NCBI GenBank assembly: GCA_003528115.1
Contig: DOGZ01000023.1
Location: 24,231 to 88,230 of the forward strand
Reading direction: 5' to 3'
Source of the DNA: Candidatus Omnitrophota bacterium
GTDB lineage: Bacteria; Omnitrophota; Gorgyraeia; Zapsychrales; Zapsychraceae
Length of the DNA: 64,000 bases
In this document: positions 49,579 to 60,153 of the stretch, in pieces
Layout: every line of letters starts with the position of its first letter
Numbering within the stretch: the first letter of the stretch is position 1
Made by a program: the position numbers and the translations under genes
Notes under the pieces: generated by a model
Seen by the model: only the letters and a program-made list of their open reading frames with translations
Database searches by the model: none
What the model was told of the DNA's origin: nothing

Positions 49579-49762
49579 GACAAGATTTCTTTGTCATGAG
49601 TCATTTCAAGCCATTGACTCATAACTCGCCGGATGAGGCGGTTAGAGTTTCGTTACCTGAATTCTTAAACATATTTTTAACAGATGTACAAAGTACGATA
49701 CTGTGTCCTTCTGTCAAGGACTGAGGCATCACAGTATTAATTTTCTTAGAAAGGGCATTCCC

Positions 49763-50902
49763 ATGAAACGCAATTTGCTTCTTACGCCAGGACCCACACA
49801 GCTCCCGCCGGAGATTTGCGCGTCTTTAGGCAAACCCATCATTCATCATCGCACCCCGCAGTTTCAGGACAATCTCAAGGAGGCGGTTGAGGGATTAAAG
49901 TTTTTATTTCAAACGAAGAATGATGTTTATATTTTAACTTCTTCCGGAACCGGAGGCATGGAGGCGGCTGTTTGTAATCTGCTCTCGCGGGGGGATAAAG
50001 CGATTACCGTTGAAGGGGGAAAGTTCGGCGAGCGCTGGACAGAGTTGTGCCGGACGTACGGCGTCGATACAAAAGTTATTGAGGTCCCTTGGGGGAAGGC
50101 CATCCAACCGGAAACCATTCAGCAGGCGTTAGAGAAGGACAAGGCCATCAAGGCTGTTTTTATCACGCTTTGCGAAACTTCCACCGGGGTCACGACGGAT
50201 GTCAAGGCCATCGCTTCGGTTGTGAAGAACACTCCGGCCGTGTTGGTTGTCGACGCGATCAGCGGTTTAGGGGTCATAGATCTGCAAACAGATTGTTGGT
50301 CGGTGGATGTGGTTGTCTCGGGATCACAAAAAGGTTTTATGTTGCCTCCGGGTTTGGCGTTTATTTCTGTGAGTCCCAAAGCCCTGCGGTTGGTTGAGCA
50401 GTCCCAGAGCCCGCGTTATTATTTTGATCTGCGGGAGGCTAAAAAGGCCGCCGAAAAAGCAGACACCCCGTATACGCCGGCAATCGGTATTGTGATTGCT
50501 TTAATGGAGAGCCTGCGTTGGATGAAAGAGACCGGGTTGGAAAATTTATTTTCCCATTATGCGCGTCTTGCCAAAGCCACGCGGGCCGCGGCCGAGTCGT
50601 TGGGATTAACCCTTTTTCCTGACCCGTCGTGTATCTCCAATGTCTTAACGACCATTAATCTGCCTCCGGGTGTTGACGGTGAGAAATTGGTCAAAAGGAT
50701 GAGGGATACTTATGGGATCTCTGTGGCGGGCGGGCAGGATCATTTAAAAGGGAAAATTATCAGGATCGCGCATATGGGATGTTTGGATGAATATGATATG
50801 CTCACGGGAATTTCCTGTTTGGAAAAGGTTCTGAAAGAAATGAAGTATTCTTTTACTTTGGGCGCTGGATTAAGCGCGGCACAAAAGGTGTTTAATGAGT
50901 AA
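49763..50902 (+). CDS. serC: Class V aminotransferase (phosphoserine / serine-glyoxylate aminotransferase-like)
   Basis: 'LLTPGPTQLPPEI' N-terminus typical of AGXT/SerC-like class V enzymes; PLP-Lys region 'SGSQKGFMLPPGLAF'. Adjacent to serA. Confidence 0.65.
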   Translation: MKRNLLLTPGPTQLPPEICASLGKPIIHHRTPQFQDNLKEAVEGLKFLFQTKNDVYILTSSGTGGMEAAVCNLLSRGDKAITVEGGKFGERWTELCRTYGVDTKVIEVPWGKAIQPETIQQALEKDKAIKAVFITLCETSTGVTTDVKAIASVVKNTPAVLVVDAISGLGVIDLQTDCWSVDVVVSGSQKGFMLPPGLAFISVSPKALRLVEQSQSPRYYFDLREAKKAAEKADTPYTPAIGIVIALMESLRWMKETGLENLFSHYARLAKATRAAAESLGLTLFPDPSCISNVLTTINLPPGVDGEKLVKRMRDTYGISVAGGQDHLKGKIIRIAHMGCLDEYDMLTGISCLEKVLKEMKYSFTLGAGLSAAQKVFNE

Positions 50903-50931
50903 GTGGTTTCATCCAAGTCGGAGTGTTTTCT

Positions 50932-52515
50932 ATGAAGATATTAATCAGTGATAAACTCGCTAAAGAAGGAATAGAGATATTAACAGCCGTTCCAGAGTTT
51001 CAGGTGGACTGTAAGTACGGCCTGAAGCCGGAGGAACTCAAAGGCATTATTAAAGATTATGACGCCCTGATTGTCCGCAGTGAAACCAAGGTCACCGCGG
51101 ATATTATTCAAGCGGCAGAGAAACTGAAAGTGATCGGGCGGGCTGGCGTGGGCCTGGATAACGTCGATTTAAAGGCGGCCACTCAAAAAGGCATTGTCGC
51201 GATGAACACCCCGGCCGGAAATACCACCTCTACCGCTGAGCATACAATGAGCCTGATCTTGTCTTTGTCCCGGAATATTCCCCAGGCCTGCGCGTCGATG
51301 AAGGCCGGGAAATGGGATAGAGCTAAATTCAGCGGCGTTGAACTTTACGGTAAGACGCTGGGGGTGATCGGTTTTGGACGAATCGGATCGACGGTGGCTA
51401 AATTTGCCAAGGCTTTCGGGATGACGGTCTTGGCCTATGATCCCTATCTCTCCCTGGAGATTGCGATCCAAAAAGGGGTAGAAATGGTTGAGCTCGAAGC
51501 CCTGCTCAAACGGTCGGATTACATTACGGTTCATATTCCTAAAAGTGTGGAGACAAGTAATCTGATCGGAGAAAAAGAATTCAATTTGATGAAAAAGAAT
51601 GTCCGCCTGATCAATTGCGCCCGGGGCGGTATTATCGACGAACAGGCCTTGGTCAAGGCGTTGGAGAGCGGAAGAATCGCCGGTTGCGCTTTGGATGTTT
51701 TTGAGAAGGAGCCGTTAGAGGCGCAGTCCCCGCTTTTGAAATTTGATCATTGTATTTCGACGCCCCATTTAGGCGCCTCGACCACAGAGGCCCAGGTGAA
51801 CGTCGCTATTGAAATTGCCGAGACGGTACGGGATGCCCTTTTAGGGAAAGGCATTATCAACGCGGCCAATTTCCCTTCGGTCGATGCCGAAGCTTACAGG
51901 GTCCTGGAGCCGTACATTAATTTGGCCTTCCGCATCGGAAAATTCGCAGGTCAATTGCTTCATGGCCGGATCAACGGAATCAAGATCGTGTATAGCGGGA
52001 TTGTCAATAATTACAAAGTGGCCCCGCTGAGTCTATCCGTCGTTAACGGTCTCTTGAAGCCTATATTGGGAGAGACGGTCAACTATATCAACGCCCTGGA
52101 TTTAGCTAAGGAACGGGCCATCAACGTTCAGGAGATCACCTCAAGCAAAGAAGAAGAATTCGTTAACTGCATAAAGGTGGAGATTACGACGGATAAAGAG
52201 ACGTTCAACATTTGGGGAACGTTATCAGGCAACAACAAACCGCGTATCGTTAAAATCAATGATGTTTACGTCGAAGCGATTCCCGACGGATATATGCTGT
52301 TTATTCATAACAACGACAAGCCTGGTCTCGTTGGCGCTGTGGGGACGATCCTGGCCGAAGGCCGTATCAATATTGCCGGCATCAGCTTGGGCCGTGAGGC
52401 GCTGAACGGTGAGGCGGTGAGCGTTGTGAATGTGGATAGTGTCGTGCCGGAAGAGACCATGCTGCGGCTTAAAAAGACAAAAGACGTTCTTTATATCAAG
52501 CTTCTAAAAGTTTGA
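50932..52515 (+). CDS. serA: D-3-phosphoglycerate dehydrogenase with C-terminal ACT domain
   Basis: 'GVIGFGRIGSTVAKFAKAFGMTV' NAD-binding region and long-form C-terminal ASB/ACT domains; 528 aa. Confidence 0.8.
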   Translation: MKILISDKLAKEGIEILTAVPEFQVDCKYGLKPEELKGIIKDYDALIVRSETKVTADIIQAAEKLKVIGRAGVGLDNVDLKAATQKGIVAMNTPAGNTTSTAEHTMSLILSLSRNIPQACASMKAGKWDRAKFSGVELYGKTLGVIGFGRIGSTVAKFAKAFGMTVLAYDPYLSLEIAIQKGVEMVELEALLKRSDYITVHIPKSVETSNLIGEKEFNLMKKNVRLINCARGGIIDEQALVKALESGRIAGCALDVFEKEPLEAQSPLLKFDHCISTPHLGASTTEAQVNVAIEIAETVRDALLGKGIINAANFPSVDAEAYRVLEPYINLAFRIGKFAGQLLHGRINGIKIVYSGIVNNYKVAPLSLSVVNGLLKPILGETVNYINALDLAKERAINVQEITSSKEEEFVNCIKVEITTDKETFNIWGTLSGNNKPRIVKINDVYVEAIPDGYMLFIHNNDKPGLVGAVGTILAEGRINIAGISLGREALNGEAVSVVNVDSVVPEETMLRLKKTKDVLYIKLLKV

Positions 52516-52560
52516 CGGGAAAATATCTCAAACAGCAATTTTTGGTAAGCCGGAGGCGGA

Positions 52561-53331
52561 TTGTTGATAAAAGATTCTTGGACCACGGCCTTCCAATGGG
52601 GTGTGCGGGATGGATTTAATCCCTGCGCGTTATCAACCATTTTGGTCTTTTTATTATTCGTCTCCTGGTTCGGCTCGACTCAAAGACGCGTGTTTCCCTT
52701 TGGGTTATTTTTTATTTTAGCGACCATGCGCGTCAACTATCAGTTACTCCGTGGTCAGTATGACCGGTTTTTGATCCGACCAGGAGTCAATGATGTTTTG
52801 CATGGGTTTACTTTGTGCTTGGGCTTGGTTTTTATGGTCATAGGGGTTGTGTATTTTATTCATTGGACGCGTGGGGGGAAAGCCCGCATGACCAGCCGAT
52901 GGCTCTTGCGCTTGCGGCGGCCCGCCTTCTTAAAAGAGCCGTTTCAAGAAAATGACGCCGGCCTGAAAAGGGAGGAGCGATGTGAGAAGAATGCAATCCT
53001 CAAGTGGATTATTTTGGCTATTTTATCGTCTGGCCTGGCAACAGTCATCGCCGGCTGGGGTTCTCAATGGCCGCAAAGTTATTGGGTCATCGCGACATAT
53101 TATTTTTTGATCCAAGGCGGCGACTTCAGCTCAGGCGCTTTATTCGCTTTTTTATACAGTGTGTCGTTCGCGTTGCCGCTTTTTACCGCTTGGCTGAGTA
53201 TTATTCTGATCGCCCGAAGGCACAAAACGCGTCCTTTCTCAGAAAGGTCAATGGCGTATTTAAGGATTTCTTTATCGGCCGTATTTCTGTCGACGGGCAT
53301 TGGTTTGGTGTATTTATTCATTAAAAGTTAG
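52561..53331 (+). CDS. Polytopic membrane protein, family uncertain (possible DsbD_2/CcdA-like)
   Basis: Six or more hydrophobic helices; 'GFNPCALS' in TM1; TTG start. No confident family. Confidence 0.35.
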   Translation: MLIKDSWTTAFQWGVRDGFNPCALSTILVFLLFVSWFGSTQRRVFPFGLFFILATMRVNYQLLRGQYDRFLIRPGVNDVLHGFTLCLGLVFMVIGVVYFIHWTRGGKARMTSRWLLRLRRPAFLKEPFQENDAGLKREERCEKNAILKWIILAILSSGLATVIAGWGSQWPQSYWVIATYYFLIQGGDFSSGALFAFLYSVSFALPLFTAWLSIILIARRHKTRPFSERSMAYLRISLSAVFLSTGIGLVYLFIKS

Positions 53332-53367
53332 GCGAAAATCCGCCGAGGGATGAGTAATTCCGGTTAA

Positions 53368-54651
<1,284 letters not shown>

Positions 54652-54813
54652 ACACGCTGGATTTTTTCTGGGGGGTTGTAGGGCGCAATATTTTATTCGT
54701 GGAAAATAATATTTTTTGTGTTGTATCTTGTGGCGCGGCTATGGTTTGTTAGTAAAATTCTTGACTTTAAAATTTTCGTATGTTACGGTGTACCATCAGA
54801 AAAGGAGGAAGGG

Positions 54814-55425
54814 ATGCGTAAAGAATTGCCGTTACATTTTTTATGGGTATTGGTTTTAATTATAGGTTTTTCGAGCAGTGGGTGCACGGTTATTTTCCAG
54901 AAAGGGAGACGGGCTGACCTCGATAAAATTTCCAAATTAAAGAATCAGTTGACTGATTTAGAAAGAGCCAAGTTAGAGCTGGAGGATCGTCTTAAGAATG
55001 AAATAGATGATAAAGAAGTTAAAGTCGATATGATGGATAAAGGCCTGGTGATCACCTTTGTCGCCGAGGTTCTTTTTGATTCCGGCAAGGATGAATTAAA
55101 GCCGGAATCTTTAGCGAAATTAGAAAAAGTTTCTGATGTCCTGAATACAACCGTCCGGGATTTTCTGGTTGGGGTTGAAGGGCACACGGATAATGTCCCT
55201 ATTAAATATTCCGGATGGAAATCGAATTGGGAATTGTCTACGGCCCGCGCCTTAAGCGTCCTTCATTTTCTCGTTGATACACAGGGACTCGAAGCTCAGC
55301 GTCTTTCGGCGACAGGGTACGGGGAGTATCATCCTGTGGCTTCTAATGAAGCAAAAGAAGACAGACAAAAGAATAGAAGAGTAGAAATCGTCATCCTTCC
55401 CAAGGCCACGAAGAAAGGGCGTTAA
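54814..55425 (+). CDS. OmpA/MotB-family peptidoglycan-binding lipoprotein (Pal-like)
   Basis: Lipobox 'FSSSGC'; C-terminal 'GHTDNVPI...NWELSTARALSV...NRRVEIVI' OmpA_C motif. Start at MRKEL, preceded by AGGAGG. Confidence 0.75.
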   Translation: MRKELPLHFLWVLVLIIGFSSSGCTVIFQKGRRADLDKISKLKNQLTDLERAKLELEDRLKNEIDDKEVKVDMMDKGLVITFVAEVLFDSGKDELKPESLAKLEKVSDVLNTTVRDFLVGVEGHTDNVPIKYSGWKSNWELSTARALSVLHFLVDTQGLEAQRLSATGYGEYHPVASNEAKEDRQKNRRVEIVILPKATKKGR

Positions 55426-55448
55426 TTTCGGGAATTGTTTCGTTAAAG

Positions 55449-55832
55449 TTGGAGTTGGCCGTGAGAGTTATTATGATTATAGTCGGGCTCTTGGTCATAG
55501 CGATTAGCTGCGGGTTGGCTTTCCGATATGGCCGGTATGCAACCAATGCCAGGGCAGATTTGGAGCAAGAACGATATCTTCGCATGGTCGCGGAAGAGAA
55601 TGTTCAGGCATTTCATGCTAAATTGGAAACTTTAGAGGCAGAATTAAAGCGCAGTCAAAACAAAATAAAGGCGGTTGAGAAAGTTGCTGAGCAGAACCAA
55701 GCGATCAACGTTGATCTTAAATCCCGATTGGATAAAATTTTAGAAATAAAAGACAGGTTAGAGGCCAAAATCAAAGAGTTGGAACATCTGTCTTCAACGA
55801 AGGATTTTTGCGCGATTTCCGGGGCGGCATAA
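55449..55832 (+). CDS. Small membrane-anchored coiled-coil protein (FtsB/LapA-like)
   Basis: One N-terminal TM helix, then about 90 aa of heptad-rich K/E sequence. Confidence 0.35.
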   Translation: MELAVRVIMIIVGLLVIAISCGLAFRYGRYATNARADLEQERYLRMVAEENVQAFHAKLETLEAELKRSQNKIKAVEKVAEQNQAINVDLKSRLDKILEIKDRLEAKIKELEHLSSTKDFCAISGAA

Positions 55833-55930
55833 ATTATTCCCTTTGAGTAATTATTGCCCTGCGCGGAATTAATGGACTCTTTCCTTACTTTTGCAGTCAT
55901 AGCATTCATGAATAAGGTTTATTTTGACAT

Positions 55931-55959
55931 GGGGGATAATGATCCCCCATTTTATTTCC
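55931..55959 (+). terminator. Rho-independent terminator: GGGGGAT-aatg-ATCCCCC followed by ATTTTATTTCC
   Basis: A 7-bp GC-rich stem plus a T-rich tract. It lies inside the ORF-track extension of uppS, which supports the later uppS start at 55969. Confidence 0.6.
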
Positions 55960-55968
55960 CCTTTTAAT

Positions 55969-56697
55969 ATGCCTGAGTTAATCAACAAAAATATTCCTCG
56001 TCATATTGCGATCATTATGGACGGGAACGGGCGTTGGGCCAAAAACCGGAAACTAACTCGTACTCAAGGGCATTGGGAAGGGGCCAAGCGTGTGGAGGAG
56101 CTTGTGGCCGTAGCGCAGGCTATGGACATTAAAGTTTTGACATTATATACGTTCTCAACAGAAAACTGGAGGAGGCCCAAGGCGGAAGTTTCGGTTTTAA
56201 TGAAAATGTTTGCCAATGTGCTTGATAAAAAAATTAAGAAATTGAAAGCGAATAATGTGAGGTTTCGAATGATCGGGAGAAAGGAAAGCATTCCCGATTT
56301 TGTTTTCCGCCGTCTTAAAGCGGTTATGGATGAAACAAAAGATAACACCGGATTGATTATGAATTTGGCTTTTAATTATGGTTCTCGTCAGGAAATAGTG
56401 GATGCCGTTCAAAGTATTGCCCGGGCTGTCCGGGATGGACAAATCGGTCTTGATGCGATAACGGAAGCGACCGTTAGTCAGGCCTTATATACCCGGGATC
56501 TCCCCGATCCGGATTTGCTCATTAGGACATCAGGGGAAAAAAGGATCAGCAATTTTCTTTTGTGGCAATTATCGTATGCCGAGTTGTATTTTACAGAAGT
56601 TTTATGGCCCGATTTTGGTGAAGATGAATTTAGAAAAGCGGTTGCCGATTACCAGCAGAGAGATCGCCGTTTTGGAAAAGTGGGAAATGCCCGTTAA
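55969..56697 (+). CDS. uppS: Undecaprenyl diphosphate synthase
   Basis: 'HIAIIMDGNGRWA' and 'TLYTFSTENWRRP' signatures. Confidence 0.9.
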   Translation: MPELINKNIPRHIAIIMDGNGRWAKNRKLTRTQGHWEGAKRVEELVAVAQAMDIKVLTLYTFSTENWRRPKAEVSVLMKMFANVLDKKIKKLKANNVRFRMIGRKESIPDFVFRRLKAVMDETKDNTGLIMNLAFNYGSRQEIVDAVQSIARAVRDGQIGLDAITEATVSQALYTRDLPDPDLLIRTSGEKRISNFLLWQLSYAELYFTEVLWPDFGEDEFRKAVADYQQRDRRFGKVGNAR

Positions 56698-56774
56698 ACG
56701 CAGGACATCCGTTTTGTGGGATGAGGAAATAATTTTTATGAATTTAGAAATCAGAAATCCGTTTGAGAATAAAT

Positions 56775-57608
56775 ATGAATAAAGATCGATTGATAAGTTC
56801 AACGATCATGATCCTATTAGTAACCGTTGCGATCCTCAATGATTGGCTTTTTATCTCCGTTCTTTTGGCGTTAACCATCGGCGGGCTCTATGAGTTCTTT
56901 TATTTAATTAAGAAAAAAGGGATCCCGATTTACAGTTATACCGGCATTATCATTGGGATCGTGATCCCTATTTCTATATTTGACCGTTTCGAATTAACGA
57001 AAAACTGGGAATTGCTTTTTATTGTTTTGGCCCTCCTCATGATTTTTCTGATGCAGTTTGCGCGTAAAGACAATACGAACGCGATCGTCGGCATTTCAAC
57101 GACGCTCTTCGGCATTTTGTATGTATCCTGGTTTTTTAGTTTTCTCATTAAAATCAGGTTCCTTCTGCCCGGGATGGAGGGAATCAAATTATTGGGTTTT
57201 ATTCTCCTCGTGACGAAGTGTGGAGACATCGGGGCTTTATTAATTGGGAGCCGATTTGGTAAACATCCTCTGCTTCCAAGGGTGAGTCCGAATAAGACCA
57301 TAGAAGGGAGTTTGGGGAGTTTTGCTTTCAGCACGATTGCGGCGGTATTAGGGAAATCTTTATTGCCGGAGGACCCGCATTTTTCGATAGGGCATATTGC
57401 GCTGATGGGCGCTTTCTTTGGAGGGCTCGGCCAGTTGGGAGACATGTCTGAATCTCTTATCAAGCGGGATTGCAACGTCAAGGATTCCGGAAAGATGCTG
57501 CCGGCTTTGGGCGGGGTTCTCGATGCCATAGATAGTCTTTTGTTTTCAGCGCCGGCGTTTTATTTTTATATTGCACCAATTCTTGAAGCCACAAAAAATG
57601 GGATGTAA
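56775..57608 (+). CDS. cdsA: Phosphatidate cytidylyltransferase
   Basis: Polytopic membrane protein with C-terminal 'SLIKRDCNVKDSGKMLPALGGVLDAIDS' CTP-transferase signature. Confidence 0.85.
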   Translation: MNKDRLISSTIMILLVTVAILNDWLFISVLLALTIGGLYEFFYLIKKKGIPIYSYTGIIIGIVIPISIFDRFELTKNWELLFIVLALLMIFLMQFARKDNTNAIVGISTTLFGILYVSWFFSFLIKIRFLLPGMEGIKLLGFILLVTKCGDIGALLIGSRFGKHPLLPRVSPNKTIEGSLGSFAFSTIAAVLGKSLLPEDPHFSIGHIALMGAFFGGLGQLGDMSESLIKRDCNVKDSGKMLPALGGVLDAIDSLLFSAPAFYFYIAPILEATKNGM

Positions 57609-58752
57609 GAGAGTAGTCATCCTCGGGTCAACAGGATCTATTGGGATAAATACTTTAAAAGTTATTGATCGGTTCCCGGGGAAATTTCAAATTGTTGGAT
57701 TGACGGCTTATAATAATGTTCAGTTGCTCGAGAAGCAAATTAACAAATATAAGCCGCCTTTTGTCGCTGTGCGCCCTGAACGTATGGAGGATCTTAAACA
57801 ACGGATCAACACGCGCGTGACAAAGATTCTGAATGTCGAGAAAGAACTTGAGAAGGTTGTCACGTTAAAATCTGTTGATATCGTTGTTATCGCCATGCGG
57901 GGGAGTGAGGCGTTAGCCCCTTTTTTAATCGCCTTGCGTGCCGGTAAGATGGTGGCCCCGGCGAATAAAGAGGCCTTGGTGATGGCCGGCGATATTATCA
58001 TGCGTGAATCTCATCGATATAAGGCGCCGATTATTCCTATTGATAGTGAGCAGAGCGCTATTTTTCAGTGTTTGGAGGGAAATAAACACCACGAGCTTAA
58101 AAAGATCCATTTGACCGCTTCGGGAGGCGCTTTGCTGGATGTGCCTCAAGAGCGGTTTGATCGATTGTCCATCAAACAGATTCTTCGACATCCCCGCTGG
58201 AGCATGGGACAGAAAATCACCGTTGATTCAGCCACTTTAATGAATAAGGGGTTTGAGGTTATTGAAGCCAAGTGGCTGTTTGATTTGGATGTCCAGGATA
58301 TTCAGGTCGTCATTCATCCGGAGGCGATTATTCATTCCATGGTTGAATTTGTGGATGGTTCGATTATCGCCCAGATGGGGGTGACGGATATGTGTCTCCC
58401 CATTCAATATGCCTTGACGTATCCACAGAGGCTCGGCTCAGGGTTGAAGTCTTTGGATTTTTTTCAAATAAAACAATTAACGTTTAGGAAGCCGGATTTT
58501 GATAAGTTCCCTTGTCTTTCATTGGCGATCTACGCGGCCCGCAGAGGAGGGACGCTCCCGTGTGTTTTAAACGCCGCGGATGAAGAGGCGGTTGGCGCTT
58601 TTCTCCAGAAAAGAATTAGTTTTACGGAGATTTATAAAATTGTTGAGGGAATTGTCATGAAACATACAATAGGGAAAAATCCGGACTTAGAAGAAATCTT
58701 GGACGCGGATCGTTGGGCCAGGGAAAAGACAAGAGAGGTTATGGATCAATAA
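57598..58752 (+). CDS. dxr: 1-deoxy-D-xylulose 5-phosphate reductoisomerase
   Basis: 'KRVVILGSTGSIGINTLKVI' signature; 385 aa. Confidence 0.9.
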   Translation: MGCKRVVILGSTGSIGINTLKVIDRFPGKFQIVGLTAYNNVQLLEKQINKYKPPFVAVRPERMEDLKQRINTRVTKILNVEKELEKVVTLKSVDIVVIAMRGSEALAPFLIALRAGKMVAPANKEALVMAGDIIMRESHRYKAPIIPIDSEQSAIFQCLEGNKHHELKKIHLTASGGALLDVPQERFDRLSIKQILRHPRWSMGQKITVDSATLMNKGFEVIEAKWLFDLDVQDIQVVIHPEAIIHSMVEFVDGSIIAQMGVTDMCLPIQYALTYPQRLGSGLKSLDFFQIKQLTFRKPDFDKFPCLSLAIYAARRGGTLPCVLNAADEEAVGAFLQKRISFTEIYKIVEGIVMKHTIGKNPDLEEILDADRWAREKTREVMDQ

Positions 58753-58754
58753 TT

Positions 58755-60140
58755 ATGCTCATTGAACACTTTTTTTCCAATATTCAGGGAACCATGGTTT
58801 TTATTCTATTTCTAGGTATTCTGGTGACCGTGCATGAGTGGGGACATTTTATCACGGCCAGGCGTCTGGGGGTAACCGTGGAACGATTCTCTTTCGGGTT
58901 TGGACCCAAGCTGTTTTCGAGGATGCATCAAGGGACCGAGTTCTTGGTTTGTCTTATCCCCTTAGGCGGATACGTGAAATTAGCCGGCGACGAGCGAACA
59001 ACTTCTAAAGGGCGACCGGATGAGTTATATTCCAAGCCTCCAGGCCTCAGGGCGCTTATTGTGTTGAACGGGCCGGTGGTTAATTTTATCTTGGCTTATA
59101 TCTGTTTTGTGCTCGTTTTTATGATCGGGTACCAAACAGATTCAGCCAAAGTGGGAGAAGTCTTGACCGGCTATCCGGCTCAAGAGGCGGGACTTCAACC
59201 TGGGGATAAAATTCTTGAGGTGGATGCCAAGCCGATTTATGGATGGGCCAAGCTTAAAATGAACATTGCGCAAACGACCCGTGACCAGATCCATTTAAAA
59301 ATTCTCAGAGACGGGCAGGAAATAACTAAGACGATTGTTCCGAAAATTATTAAGTCAAAAAATATATTTGGTCAGATGAGAGAACAGCGCAGCATTGGGA
59401 TTACGCCTTTCAACAATGAGATCGGAACTGTATTGAAGAATCTTCCCGCCGAAGGCGCCGGCCTGCGGGCAGGGGATAAGATTATTCAAGTGGATTCTCA
59501 AGAAGTCTCCGGATGGAGTGGTCTGCAAAAAAGCATTGCTGAATCCAAAGGGGATCGAATCACGTTAAAGATTTTAAGGGGCGGGCAGGACATAACGGTG
59601 GCGGTTGTCCCCAAGATTGATCGAATAAAAAGCAAGATCGGCCAGCCGGAGGAATTTCGTTCTATCGGCATCACCCCGGCCAGTGAGGTGGAAGTGTTCC
59701 AACTGGGCTTTGTCCCTTCTCTCAAGAAGGGATTTCAGGAACTGATTGAGTTAACCATCTTGACTTACCAGTCGCTTTATTATCTGGCCACAGGTTCCAT
59801 GACGGTCGAAGAGGGCGGGATCGGAGGGCCGGTTATTATTTTTACCATTGTTAAAGCCGCGGCGGAAATGGGACTGTCGCCGTTTTTATATATTCTGGCG
59901 GCAATCAGCGCCAGTCTGGCCATTTTTAATTTACTTCCGGTGATCCCTCTGGATGGAGGACACTTATTATTGTTTGGTATTGAAAAAATCCGTGGCCGAC
60001 CGTTGTCCCCCAGAATGGAAGAAAATATTGTGCGCGTTGGTTTCAGTTTGCTGATATTATTGGCGTTATTTGTGACCTACATGGATTTTGAAAAAATCGG
60101 CGTTATTGAAAAAATTAAAGGATTGCTTCATCTGGGTTAA
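58755..60140 (+). CDS. rseP: Site-2 zinc metalloprotease with two PDZ domains
   Basis: 'VHEWGHFITARRLG' HExxH motif; two PDZ modules ('GLQPGDKILEVD', 'GLRAGDKIIQVD'); C-terminal 'LLPVIPLDGGHLL'. Confidence 0.85.
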   Translation: MLIEHFFSNIQGTMVFILFLGILVTVHEWGHFITARRLGVTVERFSFGFGPKLFSRMHQGTEFLVCLIPLGGYVKLAGDERTTSKGRPDELYSKPPGLRALIVLNGPVVNFILAYICFVLVFMIGYQTDSAKVGEVLTGYPAQEAGLQPGDKILEVDAKPIYGWAKLKMNIAQTTRDQIHLKILRDGQEITKTIVPKIIKSKNIFGQMREQRSIGITPFNNEIGTVLKNLPAEGAGLRAGDKIIQVDSQEVSGWSGLQKSIAESKGDRITLKILRGGQDITVAVVPKIDRIKSKIGQPEEFRSIGITPASEVEVFQLGFVPSLKKGFQELIELTILTYQSLYYLATGSMTVEEGGIGGPVIIFTIVKAAAEMGLSPFLYILAAISASLAIFNLLPVIPLDGGHLLLFGIEKIRGRPLSPRMEENIVRVGFSLLILLALFVTYMDFEKIGVIEKIKGLLHLG

Positions 60141-60153
60141 ATAAATCCAGAGA

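Noticed and set aside
47971-49603. Shared 9-mer ATGAGTCAT upstream of tig and downstream of clpP, as a possible common operator (CIRCE/CtsR-like)
   Set aside because: A 9-mer is expected to recur by chance about once in 64 kb on two strands. It does not match CIRCE (TTAGCACTC-N9-GAGTGCTAA) or the CtsR heptad. Only the downstream inverted repeat is kept, as a low-interest finding.
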